64,000 bases of DNA, from positions 1-64,000 of the IMG/VR virus record IMGVR_UViG_3300031885_000004. One strand, given 5' to 3'. The translations under genes were made by a program, and so were the position numbers. This document shows positions 45,268-55,191 of this stretch, piece after piece; position 1 is the first letter of the stretch; every line of letters begins with the position of its first letter. The stretch comes from a virus. Under the pieces are notes generated by a model. The model had not been told where the DNA came from. It was given only the letters and a program-made list of their open reading frames with translations, and made no database searches.

Positions 45268-48200
45268 CGTGGAAGGAACTGAAAAGATTGGCGGCCAACA
45301 CCCTCGCCACGAGGTTTAAGGGTAGAACTACAGAATATACCGGAAGGTTAAGATATGAATTAGACCAAATAGAGTTACAGGGTGCTGAGGATTATTGGAT
45401 TGACCTATATGATAGTAAAAGAACGTTCGACACCAACCATAATGGGTTGGTATTTCCACTGCTTCTTGGGATAACCAGCATCAACCCAATAGAACGCAGC
45501 ATACCACATAATATTGTATATCAACCAGATTATCCAGACATTGATACTGACTTCCTACCGATAGCACGCGATCATATTAAAAAATATGCATCAAAACAAT
45601 ATGGTGAGGATCGCGTATGTAGTGTTGGGTTGTGGCAGACATATAAACCAAAGTTGGCGATAACAGACGTGTGTAGGGTAATGAAGATTGACCCAACAGA
45701 AGCGCAGAGGCTTACTAAAGAACTACCAGATGAATTCGACGATATGGATTTTGAAGCGGCATGTAATGCCTACCCGAATTTTAAGACATTTGCGGACAAT
45801 AACGACAGCGTAATCAAAATGTCGTATAGGCTAGTGAAATTAATTAGGTCCCAAGGAAGACATGCAGGTGGGTTAATAATATCAAGCGTACCAGTACGTG
45901 ATTATATTCCTCTTACTAAAAGCCCATCTGGACCAAAAGGGCAATGGACATCGGCGTGGACGGAAGGCAAAAGCACTCAACTGTCAAAATTTGGATTTAT
46001 AAAATTTGACATACTTGGCTTAACCAACCTTTTGCATATATGGATATGCAAACAGTTTATAAAGAAAAATCGCGGAGTTATAATCGATTGGGGCGATATG
46101 GACCCCGAGGTTGATAGGGCCGGGTGGGAAATATTGCCGGATGGCACCAAGAGCGCCATAAGTTTTAAGGACGACCTAGCGTTAGATATGGCCGATAAGA
46201 GAAGAGTAGAGACCATATTCCAATTTGAAACAGATCTCGCTAAAAGCATAATCCAAAAGGGGCATGGTGTAAAAAGTTTCTATGACATGGTTATTTATAC
46301 GTCTCTTGGTAGACCAGGACCTTTACCGCTGGTCAACGATTATGTTGCAAGAAGAGACGCCAAAAATGATGATTGGAAAACCAAAGAGGACCCTAAAATA
46401 GTAGAAATTTTATCAGACACTTACGGGATTATAGTTTTTCAGGAGCAACTAAGCAAGTTCTTCATCAAAATATGTGGATTCACAGTACCAGAAGCCGAAG
46501 CCGCGAGAAAGGCTGTAGCTAAGAAGTGGGCCGATCAACTAAAAAAGATCAAAGACAAGATGATTGCTGGGGCTACCAAAACAATCGGGCACGATAAGGC
46601 GGTTGAGTGGTGGGGTAAAATAGAGTCATTTGCTAGATATTGCTTCAATGCCTGCCTAGACGGCGACACGACCATTGTCAATCCAATAACATTAGAAAGG
46701 ACGACGATAGAACAATTATATCTAAATCCAAAGCCGTTCAAGCTGTTGTCATTTAATAATGGTGAACTAGTAGCCGACGATGTGGTCAATATACACTACA
46801 ATGGCATGCTGCCAATATATCAAGTTATGTTTAGTAATGGGCTTACGCAGAACGTGACTATTGGCCATAAATTTATGAATGTTTATGGCAACATGGAAAC
46901 TGTTAAGTCTCTCTTGAAGACCGGTCATGCAATCAAATATATAAGTGATAGCATGACTGGAGGAGAATATGTTTCACAAGCTAAATCTGCAAATAGAGAA
47001 AGAAGTGGTAAGGATGTACCAGGAGGGTGCATCATACAAAGAAATAAAAAACGACATAAGAGCATTTTCATCGGACGGAACGATAAGGAGAATAATAAAA
47101 AAGCATGGCGTACAGAGATCATTTATAACTCAAGCATCCAACAGTGTGAACCATTATTACTTTTCGAAGATAGATTCGCCAGAAAAGGCATATTGGATCG
47201 GGATGTTGATAGCAGATGGGTACGTTCACAACGGGAGGGGATATGTAAGTTTGCAGCTCAATTCGAAAGATCAATTGCTGGTGGAGCAATTTGGCCAAGA
47301 TATAAAAACACCAAGGAAGATGGTAATCTGCAAGAAACAGCGTGCTGGTCCGCAATCGAGGATATCAGCCAGCAGCAGGATGTTATTAGCGGACCTAAGC
47401 AAATATGGTGTGATTCAGGGAAAAGAAGGACGGGAGATAATGCCACGCATGCGGTTTATTTCCCATCTTCTGAGAGGGCTTATGGATGGAGACGGAACGA
47501 TTATCGTAAATGGCAAGGGATATCCTATGGTAAAATTTTGCGGATCTCCGAAAGTAGTAAAAGGATTCAGGGACGCGATAATCAAGCACTGCAGGGTAAG
47601 AGTGAGCAAGATAACAGAATATTCAGAGAGGATGAACGCTGTGGCGTGGTCTGGCCTAAAACAGTGCAAACCGATCCTGAGATATCTCTACAGGGGGGCA
47701 ACGAGATTCTTGGTAAGGAAGCAAATCGTAGCGGATGCTATATTAAGAGCATCAGATATATCGGAGTTAAGAGGACATATTCGCCAGAGATGAGATCTAT
47801 TCAGCACAATTACATAACCTCACCACAGGATGGTCAACCAATACAAGCAAATTCACATGCAATGGCTTATATAGTTATTACATTTAGGTGTTTGTGGTTG
47901 AAAGCCCACTATCCAACAGAATGGTGGGCATCGGTCATGACGAATTGCAAACGCGAAAAGTTGGTTAAGTATATGGGAATCGCTAGATCTGAGGGAGTGA
48001 AATTCGGCTCCCTTGACTACAACCAGCTTAGCCAGACTTTCTCGGTCAGCGGGGATACAATTACTTTGGGGTTAGAAAGCATTAAAGGCATTGGCGATAA
48101 AGCTGCATTAAAAGCGCAAGGCGACCGCGATTGCACCAGTTTTGATGAATTTGTGTCACAAGCATCGAAGAACAAAATAATATTTGAGCGGTTAATTAAA

Positions 48201-48851
48201 CTCGGCGCATTTGATAAATTACACCCAAATAGGAAAGCATTATGGAACTGGTATCTTTATAAATATGGATCTGGGAATGACACCAAGATCGTTAAAGAAG
48301 AAGTGGCGGCCAAATTAGCGTGGAGCGATGAGAATATTGCTAAAGAGAGGCTGAGACAGACTAAAGAATTTCTAGCCAATTATCCTAGGAAAAAGAAGAT
48401 ACCAGCTCATATAGAAAAATGGAAACCGAAAAACAATCCGACAATCCAACAATTCGAAGAAATGTTCGGAGATTTTTCATATGAGGAAAGGCTAAAATTT
48501 GAAAAGGAATATCTTGGATATTATTGGAGCTCGCCTCTTGGTATATATAATTGCGCCAACCAAACTATAGATGATGCTAGATCTACTGGGATTCTTGAGG
48601 CGGTGATTGATAGCATTGATACTAGGAGAGGCAAAAACGGAGCATTTAAACAATTAAATGTCACAGATGGTATTGAAATTGCCAAAGTAATGGTGTGGCC
48701 CGATGAACTTGCTATCAATGACGAGAATATATTCAAGGAAGGCATGGGAGTTAGAATGAGAGTATCTTGGAAAGAAGAATATTTGAGCTTTAACGTTAGA
48801 TCAGGCTCAATTGTATTGCCACTGGAGAAGAAGAATGCTGCTCCAATCTAA
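45264..48851 (+). CDS. dnaE: DNA polymerase III alpha, catalytic part, intein-containing
   Basis: PDIDTDF, HAGG, KFDILGL, RPGP, TYGIIVFQEQ, YCFNA|intein|SHAMAY, WLKAHYP. Confidence 0.93.
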   Translation: MTWKELKRLAANTLATRFKGRTTEYTGRLRYELDQIELQGAEDYWIDLYDSKRTFDTNHNGLVFPLLLGITSINPIERSIPHNIVYQPDYPDIDTDFLPIARDHIKKYASKQYGEDRVCSVGLWQTYKPKLAITDVCRVMKIDPTEAQRLTKELPDEFDDMDFEAACNAYPNFKTFADNNDSVIKMSYRLVKLIRSQGRHAGGLIISSVPVRDYIPLTKSPSGPKGQWTSAWTEGKSTQLSKFGFIKFDILGLTNLLHIWICKQFIKKNRGVIIDWGDMDPEVDRAGWEILPDGTKSAISFKDDLALDMADKRRVETIFQFETDLAKSIIQKGHGVKSFYDMVIYTSLGRPGPLPLVNDYVARRDAKNDDWKTKEDPKIVEILSDTYGIIVFQEQLSKFFIKICGFTVPEAEAARKAVAKKWADQLKKIKDKMIAGATKTIGHDKAVEWWGKIESFARYCFNACLDGDTTIVNPITLERTTIEQLYLNPKPFKLLSFNNGELVADDVVNIHYNGMLPIYQVMFSNGLTQNVTIGHKFMNVYGNMETVKSLLKTGHAIKYISDSMTGGEYVSQAKSANRERSGKDVPGGCIIQRNKKRHKSIFIGRNDKENNKKAWRTEIIYNSSIQQCEPLLLFEDRFARKGILDRDVDSRWVRSQREGICKFAAQFERSIAGGAIWPRYKNTKEDGNLQETACWSAIEDISQQQDVISGPKQIWCDSGKRRTGDNATHAVYFPSSERAYGWRRNDYRKWQGISYGKILRISESSKRIQGRDNQALQGKSEQDNRIFREDERCGVVWPKTVQTDPEISLQGGNEILGKEANRSGCYIKSIRYIGVKRTYSPEMRSIQHNYITSPQDGQPIQANSHAMAYIVITFRCLWLKAHYPTEWWASVMTNCKREKLVKYMGIARSEGVKFGSLDYNQLSQTFSVSGDTITLGLESIKGIGDKAALKAQGDRDCTSFDEFVSQASKNKIIFERLIKLGAFDKLHPNRKALWNWYLYKYGSGNDTKIVKEEVAAKLAWSDENIAKERLRQTKEFLANYPRKKKIPAHIEKWKPKNNPTIQQFEEMFGDFSYEERLKFEKEYLGYYWSSPLGIYNCANQTIDDARSTGILEAVIDSIDTRRGKNGAFKQLNVTDGIEIAKVMVWPDELAINDENIFKEGMGVRMRVSWKEEYLSFNVRSGSIVLPLEKKNAAPI
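46653..47852 (+). mobile_element. intein (400 aa) in DnaE
   Basis: Starts CLDGDT, block B VTIGHKF, ends HNY...IQAN followed by Ser; removal restores YCFNASHAMAY. Confidence 0.88.
46969..47793 (+). CDS. LAGLIDADG homing endonuclease nested in the +1 frame of the intein
   Basis: AYWIGMLIADG and LRGLMDGDG motifs; GGAGGAG RBS before the ATG. Confidence 0.85.
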   Translation: MFHKLNLQIEKEVVRMYQEGASYKEIKNDIRAFSSDGTIRRIIKKHGVQRSFITQASNSVNHYYFSKIDSPEKAYWIGMLIADGYVHNGRGYVSLQLNSKDQLLVEQFGQDIKTPRKMVICKKQRAGPQSRISASSRMLLADLSKYGVIQGKEGREIMPRMRFISHLLRGLMDGDGTIIVNGKGYPMVKFCGSPKVVKGFRDAIIKHCRVRVSKITEYSERMNAVAWSGLKQCKPILRYLYRGATRFLVRKQIVADAILRASDISELRGHIRQR

Positions 48852-49263
48852 AGACGGCATCAGATGCGATATTTGCGGTATGGTTCTGAAAAATGAGTTT
48901 ATATATTATTCAGAAGAGTGGAGAGCAATCGAAGTAAATAATGTTGGACAATCAGTAAGGCCAGGAGGCTTGATTGGATCATTCGACATTTGTCCATCGT
49001 GCTATAGCAGCAGATTGGAAAGTTGTAAAAAGAACATCAATAAATTCAAAGCTGGTAGTATTAAATGTGATTTATGCCCGCTATATATAAGCGGCAGCAA
49101 GTTTGTATATTTTAGGGTTATGGTTGATAAAGCCGATGTTAGTTCGGATGGACATGCGGGTGTTGAAAGAAAATTCATGGATTTTAATGTGTGTTTATCT
49201 TGCAAAAACCAGGTTTTTGCTAAGATGGAGCAAACTAAGAGTAAAGGAGGAGATTGGTCATGA
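48835..49263 (+). CDS. Cys-rich zinc-binding protein
   Basis: Four CxxC pairs. Confidence 0.65.
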   Translation: MLLQSKDGIRCDICGMVLKNEFIYYSEEWRAIEVNNVGQSVRPGGLIGSFDICPSCYSSRLESCKKNINKFKAGSIKCDLCPLYISGSKFVYFRVMVDKADVSSDGHAGVERKFMDFNVCLSCKNQVFAKMEQTKSKGGDWS

Positions 49264-49793
49264 GCGAGAAGAAGAAAGTTAATATGTCTGATAAAACTGT
49301 TCTAGCGTATAGTTTACGCCACGTATTTGTTAATGGCGCTGAAGTTGAATCTAGACCAGTACAGTGGGATGGGAAAGATTACGATGGCCAAGGACATGAC
49401 GAGTCAGGTAGAGGCGTATTGCCAATTGCATATATAACAACATGCCCAGAATGTGGTAATTTGATCCAATTTGGCGCGTCAGACATTGTGATTAAAGATG
49501 GTAAAGATATAGTAGTATGTCAGCGGTGCCTATCGCCTGGTAATAGTGGCAGACCAAAGCTTGGACCGCCGAATACCAAACTTCAGAATACGATGCCAAA
49601 ATCGTCTGAAGCCAAGTCAATTGAAACATCGAAGATCATTGAGGCACCAAAGGCAGTTGAGGCACCAAAGGCAGTTGAGGCGCCAAAGGCAGTTGAGGCA
49701 CCAAAGGCAGTTGAGGCACCAAAGGCAGAACCAAAGCCTGACTTATCTGAATTTAGTGACCCGATCAAATCTGGGGCGATGAAACTTGACTGA
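49260..49793 (+). CDS. zinc-ribbon protein with EAPKAV repeats
   Basis: CPEC...CQRC; AGGAGG RBS. Confidence 0.65.
   Translation: MSEKKKVNMSDKTVLAYSLRHVFVNGAEVESRPVQWDGKDYDGQGHDESGRGVLPIAYITTCPECGNLIQFGASDIVIKDGKDIVVCQRCLSPGNSGRPKLGPPNTKLQNTMPKSSEAKSIETSKIIEAPKAVEAPKAVEAPKAVEAPKAVEAPKAEPKPDLSEFSDPIKSGAMKLD
49641..49728 (+). repeat. 18-bp tandem repeat x~5 (EAPKAV)
   Basis: (gaggcaccaaaggcagtt)n. Confidence 0.92.
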
Positions 49794-50682
49794 TATTATC
49801 TTAGGGAGTGGGTTGAATGGACTTCTCGCTCACTTAATATTGGGCGAGCAGAGTAAATTTATTGCATATAAAAAATCTCGTTTTTTCTCACATCAGATCC
49901 CGATATCTGACAACCACATCGAAGCAAGCGAAGACGGCCCAAGATTGGCCACACTTATTGGCCTCCCATTACGCAAGAAATATTTCCCAGTAGCAGTGTC
50001 ATATCGCGGCGAGCTAATATTCAATAAAAGAACGTGGGCGTCGACCATTGTCGATAAAGTTTTTCAAAGCCATCCAGCTGCCTATAATATGCTATGTAGA
50101 GACTTTAACGTCTATGAATTGACTGCTAAATCATTGTACGATTTATTGATCTCAAAATATCAAGATGAAATATTAAAGTCTCCACCACAAATCATCAGAA
50201 TATTAGATAAACGCGTTATTACATCGGATGGCACAGAAATATCATACGATAGAATAATTAGTACAATTCCATTAAACGCGTTACTCGAATTGGTTGGTGA
50301 CGACTCAGTTCTAAAATCACTTGACTATCATGTCTTTTTGATGGCGACTGACGTTTTCAACTTAGAGGGCGCACAAAGATGTTATATAGGTGACGTAGCC
50401 ATTCCTTTTTGGAAGGTTAATGTTTTAAATAATAATTTATATCAATTTTTTGCCAATAGCGAAGTATCTAATGCCGAAAAGGTCTTTTCTTTATTAGCTA
50501 AAGATAGGTTTAGAATAATATCGAACACAATTATAAAAGAGGCATTTCCAGACGGCGCACCCCCAATTGAAATAATTAAGAAATTAGAATCAAAATCAAT
50601 ATTCTGTATTGGCAGCAATGCTAGGTGGGACTACTTTTTTGATATAGCATCTAGTATAAGTAAACTATTTTCACTAAAATGA
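49786..50682 (+). CDS. FAD/NAD(P)-binding oxidoreductase-like protein
   Basis: IILGSGLNGL; IISTIPL; IGSNARW. Confidence 0.65.
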   Translation: MTDIILGSGLNGLLAHLILGEQSKFIAYKKSRFFSHQIPISDNHIEASEDGPRLATLIGLPLRKKYFPVAVSYRGELIFNKRTWASTIVDKVFQSHPAAYNMLCRDFNVYELTAKSLYDLLISKYQDEILKSPPQIIRILDKRVITSDGTEISYDRIISTIPLNALLELVGDDSVLKSLDYHVFLMATDVFNLEGAQRCYIGDVAIPFWKVNVLNNNLYQFFANSEVSNAEKVFSLLAKDRFRIISNTIIKEAFPDGAPPIEIIKKLESKSIFCIGSNARWDYFFDIASSISKLFSLK

Positions 50683-51362
50683 TGTATGATTATGAAGAAG
50701 ATAGGATGGAAAGGGAAAGAGCTCATTTTGATTGGATTCCCATGAATGATGCTAGAATGACGATGCTCAGGTCGCTACGTGACACATGCAAGGATTGCGT
50801 CTTATGTCAACTTGGGCGCGGGCATCAGGTGGCGCATAAAGAAAGTATAGATCCGCACGTTTTTAGCACCATGGTGCCAAGTAAGTTCATGGTGATCGGG
50901 CAGAACCCCGGCTTTGAAGAATGCAAGCAGGATCAACCGTTCGTTGGCGATGCTGGTAAAAAGTTTAACCAAGAAATTGAAAAATATGGCCTAACGAGAA
51001 ATGATTTTTATATCACCAATATAGTAAAATGTTATACGCCAGACAATCGTAAGCCAGAACCGGGCGAAGTAGATAAATGTAAGTTATTCTTGCTCATGGA
51101 GCTAGAAATTATAAGCCCTCAATTTGTGATTACGCTTGGTGCAGTTCCTTTTGAAATATTGTGCCCAGACGCTTTATACGCTAAGGCACTTGGTAAATTC
51201 ACATACTCAGAATTGATCAAAAAGAAGGTATATGCAATATATCATCCGTCGCCTAGAAATATGATAGTAGAAGAAAGAAAAGAAAGATTTGATAGATGCG
51301 TCGAATTGCTGTGTTTAATGATGAAAAATCTTAAGCAAACGGGGCAAGTGAGTAACACGTAA
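50679..51362 (+). CDS. uracil-DNA glycosylase, family 4
   Basis: CxxCxL, GQNPG, PFVG, TNIVKC, YHPS. Confidence 0.9.
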   Translation: MMYDYEEDRMERERAHFDWIPMNDARMTMLRSLRDTCKDCVLCQLGRGHQVAHKESIDPHVFSTMVPSKFMVIGQNPGFEECKQDQPFVGDAGKKFNQEIEKYGLTRNDFYITNIVKCYTPDNRKPEPGEVDKCKLFLLMELEIISPQFVITLGAVPFEILCPDALYAKALGKFTYSELIKKKVYAIYHPSPRNMIVEERKERFDRCVELLCLMMKNLKQTGQVSNT

Positions 51363-51744
51363 CGTTCTTAATGTGGCGTTTAGTTAACGTCCATTTGTCT
51401 TCTTTAGTTGTTCTAAGATATTGTTTGAATTTTTGCATCAACGGCGATAATTCTTTATCGTCACAAGATATGGCAGACGTCAGATCATTTTTGGGTACGT
51501 ACCTCGGTGGAGTCTCGCCACGTGCGCTATCGAGTATCTTGAAAATGATGTCGAGCTTGCCCTCCCATTTGCGCTGTGCAGTTTCTTTCTTGTTAATCGG
51601 CTGCGGTCTTAGACCATCCAATTGGCCTTTTAGTTTAATTTGGATATCATTTGATAACATTGATTGCCTTTCTATTTCTAATTTTAGGGTTTCATCTAAA
51701 CCTATTTCAATTATTTCAACCTTTGATGGTCGATTGTCATCCAT
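51331..51744 (-). CDS. hypothetical protein
   Basis: ORF convergent with UDG; start uncertain. Confidence 0.5.
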   Translation of the reverse strand: MDDNRPSKVEIIEIGLDETLKLEIERQSMLSNDIQIKLKGQLDGLRPQPINKKETAQRKWEGKLDIIFKILDSARGETPPRYVPKNDLTSAISCDDKELSPLMQKFKQYLRTTKEDKWTLTKRHIKNVTCYSLAPFA

Positions 51745-51755
51745 TGGAGAACTCC

Positions 51756-52502
51756 ATGAACCTATTAAATAGATGCGCCATCTGTGATTCGGCAACTAAT
51801 TTAAATACCAAGATGACTGTTACCATCGATAGTATTGAATATAATGTAGCAATATGCTCAGACCATGAGGATTCATCTCCCAAGAAAATAAAAGCAGCTA
51901 TTTCAAAGCAGATCGATGAGATCAGCAAAGCCAGAGAAGTGGCCCAAAAGTATGGTCTAATACTAATCGAGCCAACCAAAGTAGCCGCAATAACTCCAGC
52001 TGCTCCGGCTCCAGCTGCTCCGGCTCCAGCTGCTCAAATACAACCACATAAATTGCCATCTGGACTTAGAGCTCAAAAAGTGGGTTCTAGAAATCAAATT
52101 ACCGCAAAAACTGCGGTTGCCGAACCAGAGCCAATCATTCTTCCGTCATCTGACGCTCCCAGTGACGCTGAAAAACACGACAATTATAACTTACCAAAAG
52201 CCACATTAAGAGAGACAGTAAAAGACCAACAGAAATTGACTACTCCGTCGCGTGGGTCTATTATCTTACCCAAAAAAATTATAGATAATGAAGGTGGGCA
52301 GACAGATATCAAGATAGTTAACTCGGGCGGTGATCTTGCACTACAGACAAGGTTTAAACAACTAGCAGAAACTAGCAAAAGCAAACCACCAGACTTAATA
52401 AGAGGTGGTTATCTGGTGCACAATTGTAACTCTTGTGGTGGCACTGGCAAATTAAAGGGCAGTGCGTGTATAGCGTGCGGTGGCGAGGGTATTGTTCCTT
52501 AG
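51756..52502 (+). CDS. hypothetical protein with terminal zinc-binding motifs
   Basis: CAIC...CSDH; C-terminal CNSCGGTG...CIACGGEG. Confidence 0.65.
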   Translation: MNLLNRCAICDSATNLNTKMTVTIDSIEYNVAICSDHEDSSPKKIKAAISKQIDEISKAREVAQKYGLILIEPTKVAAITPAAPAPAAPAPAAQIQPHKLPSGLRAQKVGSRNQITAKTAVAEPEPIILPSSDAPSDAEKHDNYNLPKATLRETVKDQQKLTTPSRGSIILPKKIIDNEGGQTDIKIVNSGGDLALQTRFKQLAETSKSKPPDLIRGGYLVHNCNSCGGTGKLKGSACIACGGEGIVP

Positions 52503-52780
52503 TGGTGTGAATATAAATTATATGGTCTGACTATTGCCCCGCTTGGTGTGAATGACTTAATATTACTCCACGATTGGTCGGGATACCCTATCTTTCCAGC
52601 AGTGCCAGGAGATGGCGCATTAAAGAATTTTCTGTGTTCTGGCTTTAGCGGCGTGTCTTGATTGCCGCTCCTTGACGACAATGGTTGCCCAGTTAGTTCT
52701 GGTCTATTCGGGTCTTGTTGTTTTAGAAATTGCCCCTTATAGGCGATTAACCCCATATTATACAAATAATCAAGCTTCAT
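52499..52780 (-). CDS. hypothetical protein
   Basis: 93 aa, in a coupled three-gene block. Confidence 0.55.
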   Translation of the reverse strand: MKLDYLYNMGLIAYKGQFLKQQDPNRPELTGQPLSSRSGNQDTPLKPEHRKFFNAPSPGTAGKIGYPDQSWSNIKSFTPSGAIVRPYNLYSHH

Positions 52781-53093
52781 TTAGTGATACCGCAGCCAAA
52801 AACCCGGTATTCCATTTGTGAAATGATAAGTCCGACACATTTAATTTATTTTGCTTAATAATATCACCAATTAATGTTTTCAGTTCTTCTGATTTTTGCG
52901 CATCGTCAGCGATATCTGGCTTGTCGGGGCCGAGTGGACGCATTAATATTACTAATGTATTTCCGTTGCCCATTCCGTAAGCATTTGAAAATATTGGATC
53001 CCATTCAGAAATACCACCAATGTTGATGCGTTCGAGCTGATATCGTAGGCGGTTTGATAATGAACCCAACAATTTCTCATTGAGGATAGGCAT
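52770..53093 (-). CDS. hypothetical protein
   Basis: 107 aa. Confidence 0.6.
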   Translation of the reverse strand: MPILNEKLLGSLSNRLRYQLERINIGGISEWDPIFSNAYGMGNGNTLVILMRPLGPDKPDIADDAQKSEELKTLIGDIIKQNKLNVSDLSFHKWNTGFLAAVSLNEA

Positions 53094-53798
53094 TTATTCG
53101 CGGATTTCCTTATCTATTGCCGACCATAAATCATCGTCGTTTATCCCAAGTTTCTCATATACATTATTTATCGATTCACTAGTCTCTTCGTTAATAGCAC
53201 GCACCGCCGATATCTTTTGATCTTGATCTGCCGTCACTTTATATGTAACCTTCCAGATTCCACTTGTGGTGTTTACGTTAACTGAATCTTCAAATGCTTC
53301 CATATAGATCCCACCCTTACCGCCCCTATCGCCTTCGGGTGCTGGCCCACCACCAGTGAATGGCTTAGAAGTTTGCGGCTTTCTATTATCCGCATGGCTT
53401 GTCATGTCGGCAATCTCATCCATATTTGGATTCCATCCAGCGTCTTGCTCTGACGGCTTTGATGGAGATAGTTCATTGACCATTGCGTCGAGGTATTTCA
53501 AAGCCTGAAGTCGTTCCTCCATTGGAACGGCTCTAGCTGACATCTCTTTCTCGAAAGATAATTTGAAAGTTGGGTTGTCAATGTACTTATGACTGTGTAC
53601 TGCAAAGAACGCGGACGTTAGGGAGTCGGCAAACGGCGATTCAGCTGCTTTTAGCGCGAATGCGTCGTCTATACCCTCCCACCTAAATTGCGACGTATGT
53701 GAGGTTTCATTATGAATAGGAACTCCGAGGCGAGCATCTTGCTGCAGCATGGACGATATCGCCTCGAGCAGCATTTTTTCATTGGGATTAAGAGCCAT
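53094..53798 (-). CDS. hypothetical protein
   Basis: GAGGAG RBS before MALNPNEKMLLE. Confidence 0.7.
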   Translation of the reverse strand: MALNPNEKMLLEAISSMLQQDARLGVPIHNETSHTSQFRWEGIDDAFALKAAESPFADSLTSAFFAVHSHKYIDNPTFKLSFEKEMSARAVPMEERLQALKYLDAMVNELSPSKPSEQDAGWNPNMDEIADMTSHADNRKPQTSKPFTGGGPAPEGDRGGKGGIYMEAFEDSVNVNTTSGIWKVTYKVTADQDQKISAVRAINEETSESINNVYEKLGINDDDLWSAIDKEIRE

Positions 53799-53846
53799 AA
53801 TAGTCTCCTCATTCTTTCTATATTTACATTTGATTAGGATCGAACA

Positions 53847-54107
53847 TTGCTTAAACAATTTGATATAGTACAAATTAAGTCAGCTAAGAATATTAAATTC
53901 TTATCTGGCCCACCAGGCAGACCAGCATCACCACAAGGCAACTGGTCTGTAATTGGTTTTATCGGCTCCGACGTATTAATATCCAAAGATGAGACAGTAG
54001 TTAGAACGCCACTTTCGGAGATAAGACTAATAGCGTCATACAACCCGAATGACTATATAAACCGTAAATTAACAAAGGAGGCTAAAAATGGCGAAGAAAA
54101 GAAATAA
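53847..54107 (+). CDS. hypothetical protein
   Basis: 86 aa upstream of recA. Confidence 0.55.
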   Translation: MLKQFDIVQIKSAKNIKFLSGPPGRPASPQGNWSVIGFIGSDVLISKDETVVRTPLSEIRLIASYNPNDYINRKLTKEAKNGEEKK

Positions 54108-55191
54108 AAATAAGGGCGAAGGAGATTCTGAGTTTCCAGAGAACGAAGAGAATGAAGTAAACGAAGATTTGCAAGGTGCAGAAAATGCCATGGCTGCAAT
54201 CAAAAAGAGATTTGGTGACGGCGCGATTATTCGAGGTGATGGTACAATTATCAAAGACATAGAGTCTATATCTAGCGGGTCGTTGGCAGTAGACATAGCT
54301 CTTGGGATAGGTGGATTCCCAAAGGGTAGAATATGTGAAATATTCGGTGCGGAAGGTAGCGGGAAGACAACGCTTGCACTTTCGACGGTAGCTTGTGCAC
54401 AAAGAGCCGGTGGAACAGCTGCATATATTGATGCCGAGCATGCCCTTGATCTTGGGTATTCTAAAGATATAGGCGTCAATATGAGCAAATTGTTAGTGTC
54501 TCAGCCAGACTCTGGTGAAGAAGTATTGACGATCGCTGAAATCTTATGCAAATCGAAATCAGTCGATGTTATTATCATTGACTCAGTCGCCGCAATAGTA
54601 CCAAAGGCAGAGTTAGATGGTGAAATTGGTGATTCGCATATCGCAGCGCAAGCAAGATTGATGTCACAATCTCTCAGAAAGATTAAGGGCGTTGTAAATC
54701 AGAGTAAAACTGCTCTGATTTTTATCAACCAAATAAGAGAAAAAGCAGGAATGTCATTTGGAAACCCAGAGACTACGCCTGGTGGTCGAGCCCTAAAGTT
54801 TTATGCTTCAGTTAGAGTTGATCTAAGAAAGGTTGAGGGTATTAGGTTGTCATCAAAGGGCGAAGAGGCCCCGATTGGCCACATAGTTAGAGCGCACATA
54901 ATCAAGAACAAGGTTGCGTCACCATTCAAAAAAGCTGAATTTGAAATTTATTATGGCAAGGGTATCAGCGAAGAAGCTGACATCTTGAATCTTGGTGAGC
55001 AGTGCAAGATCATCCAAAGGACAGGTAGCTGGCTTAGCTATGCATCGCAGAAGCTTGGACAGGGGAAGCAGCCCGCCATTAAGTATCTTAAGGACAATCC
55101 AAATATAGCTAAGGAGCTCAAAGAGATGATCTTGGATTTGATGATACCCAACAGGAAAAGGAGAGAAGAAGATGGCAGCGTCAAAGCCTAA
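54088..55191 (+). CDS. recA: RecA recombinase
   Basis: GAEGSGKTT, IDAEHALD, DSVAA, QARLMSQ, GGRALKFYASVR. Confidence 0.97.
   Translation: MAKKRNKNKGEGDSEFPENEENEVNEDLQGAENAMAAIKKRFGDGAIIRGDGTIIKDIESISSGSLAVDIALGIGGFPKGRICEIFGAEGSGKTTLALSTVACAQRAGGTAAYIDAEHALDLGYSKDIGVNMSKLLVSQPDSGEEVLTIAEILCKSKSVDVIIIDSVAAIVPKAELDGEIGDSHIAAQARLMSQSLRKIKGVVNQSKTALIFINQIREKAGMSFGNPETTPGGRALKFYASVRVDLRKVEGIRLSSKGEEAPIGHIVRAHIIKNKVASPFKKAEFEIYYGKGISEEADILNLGEQCKIIQRTGSWLSYASQKLGQGKQPAIKYLKDNPNIAKELKEMILDLMIPNRKRREEDGSVKA

Noticed and set aside
44100-45300. Split intein or self-splicing intron joining the two dnaE halves
   Set aside because: No intein block A or terminal Asn motifs at the ends and no intron-like structure; the gap is filled by three ordinary ORFs.
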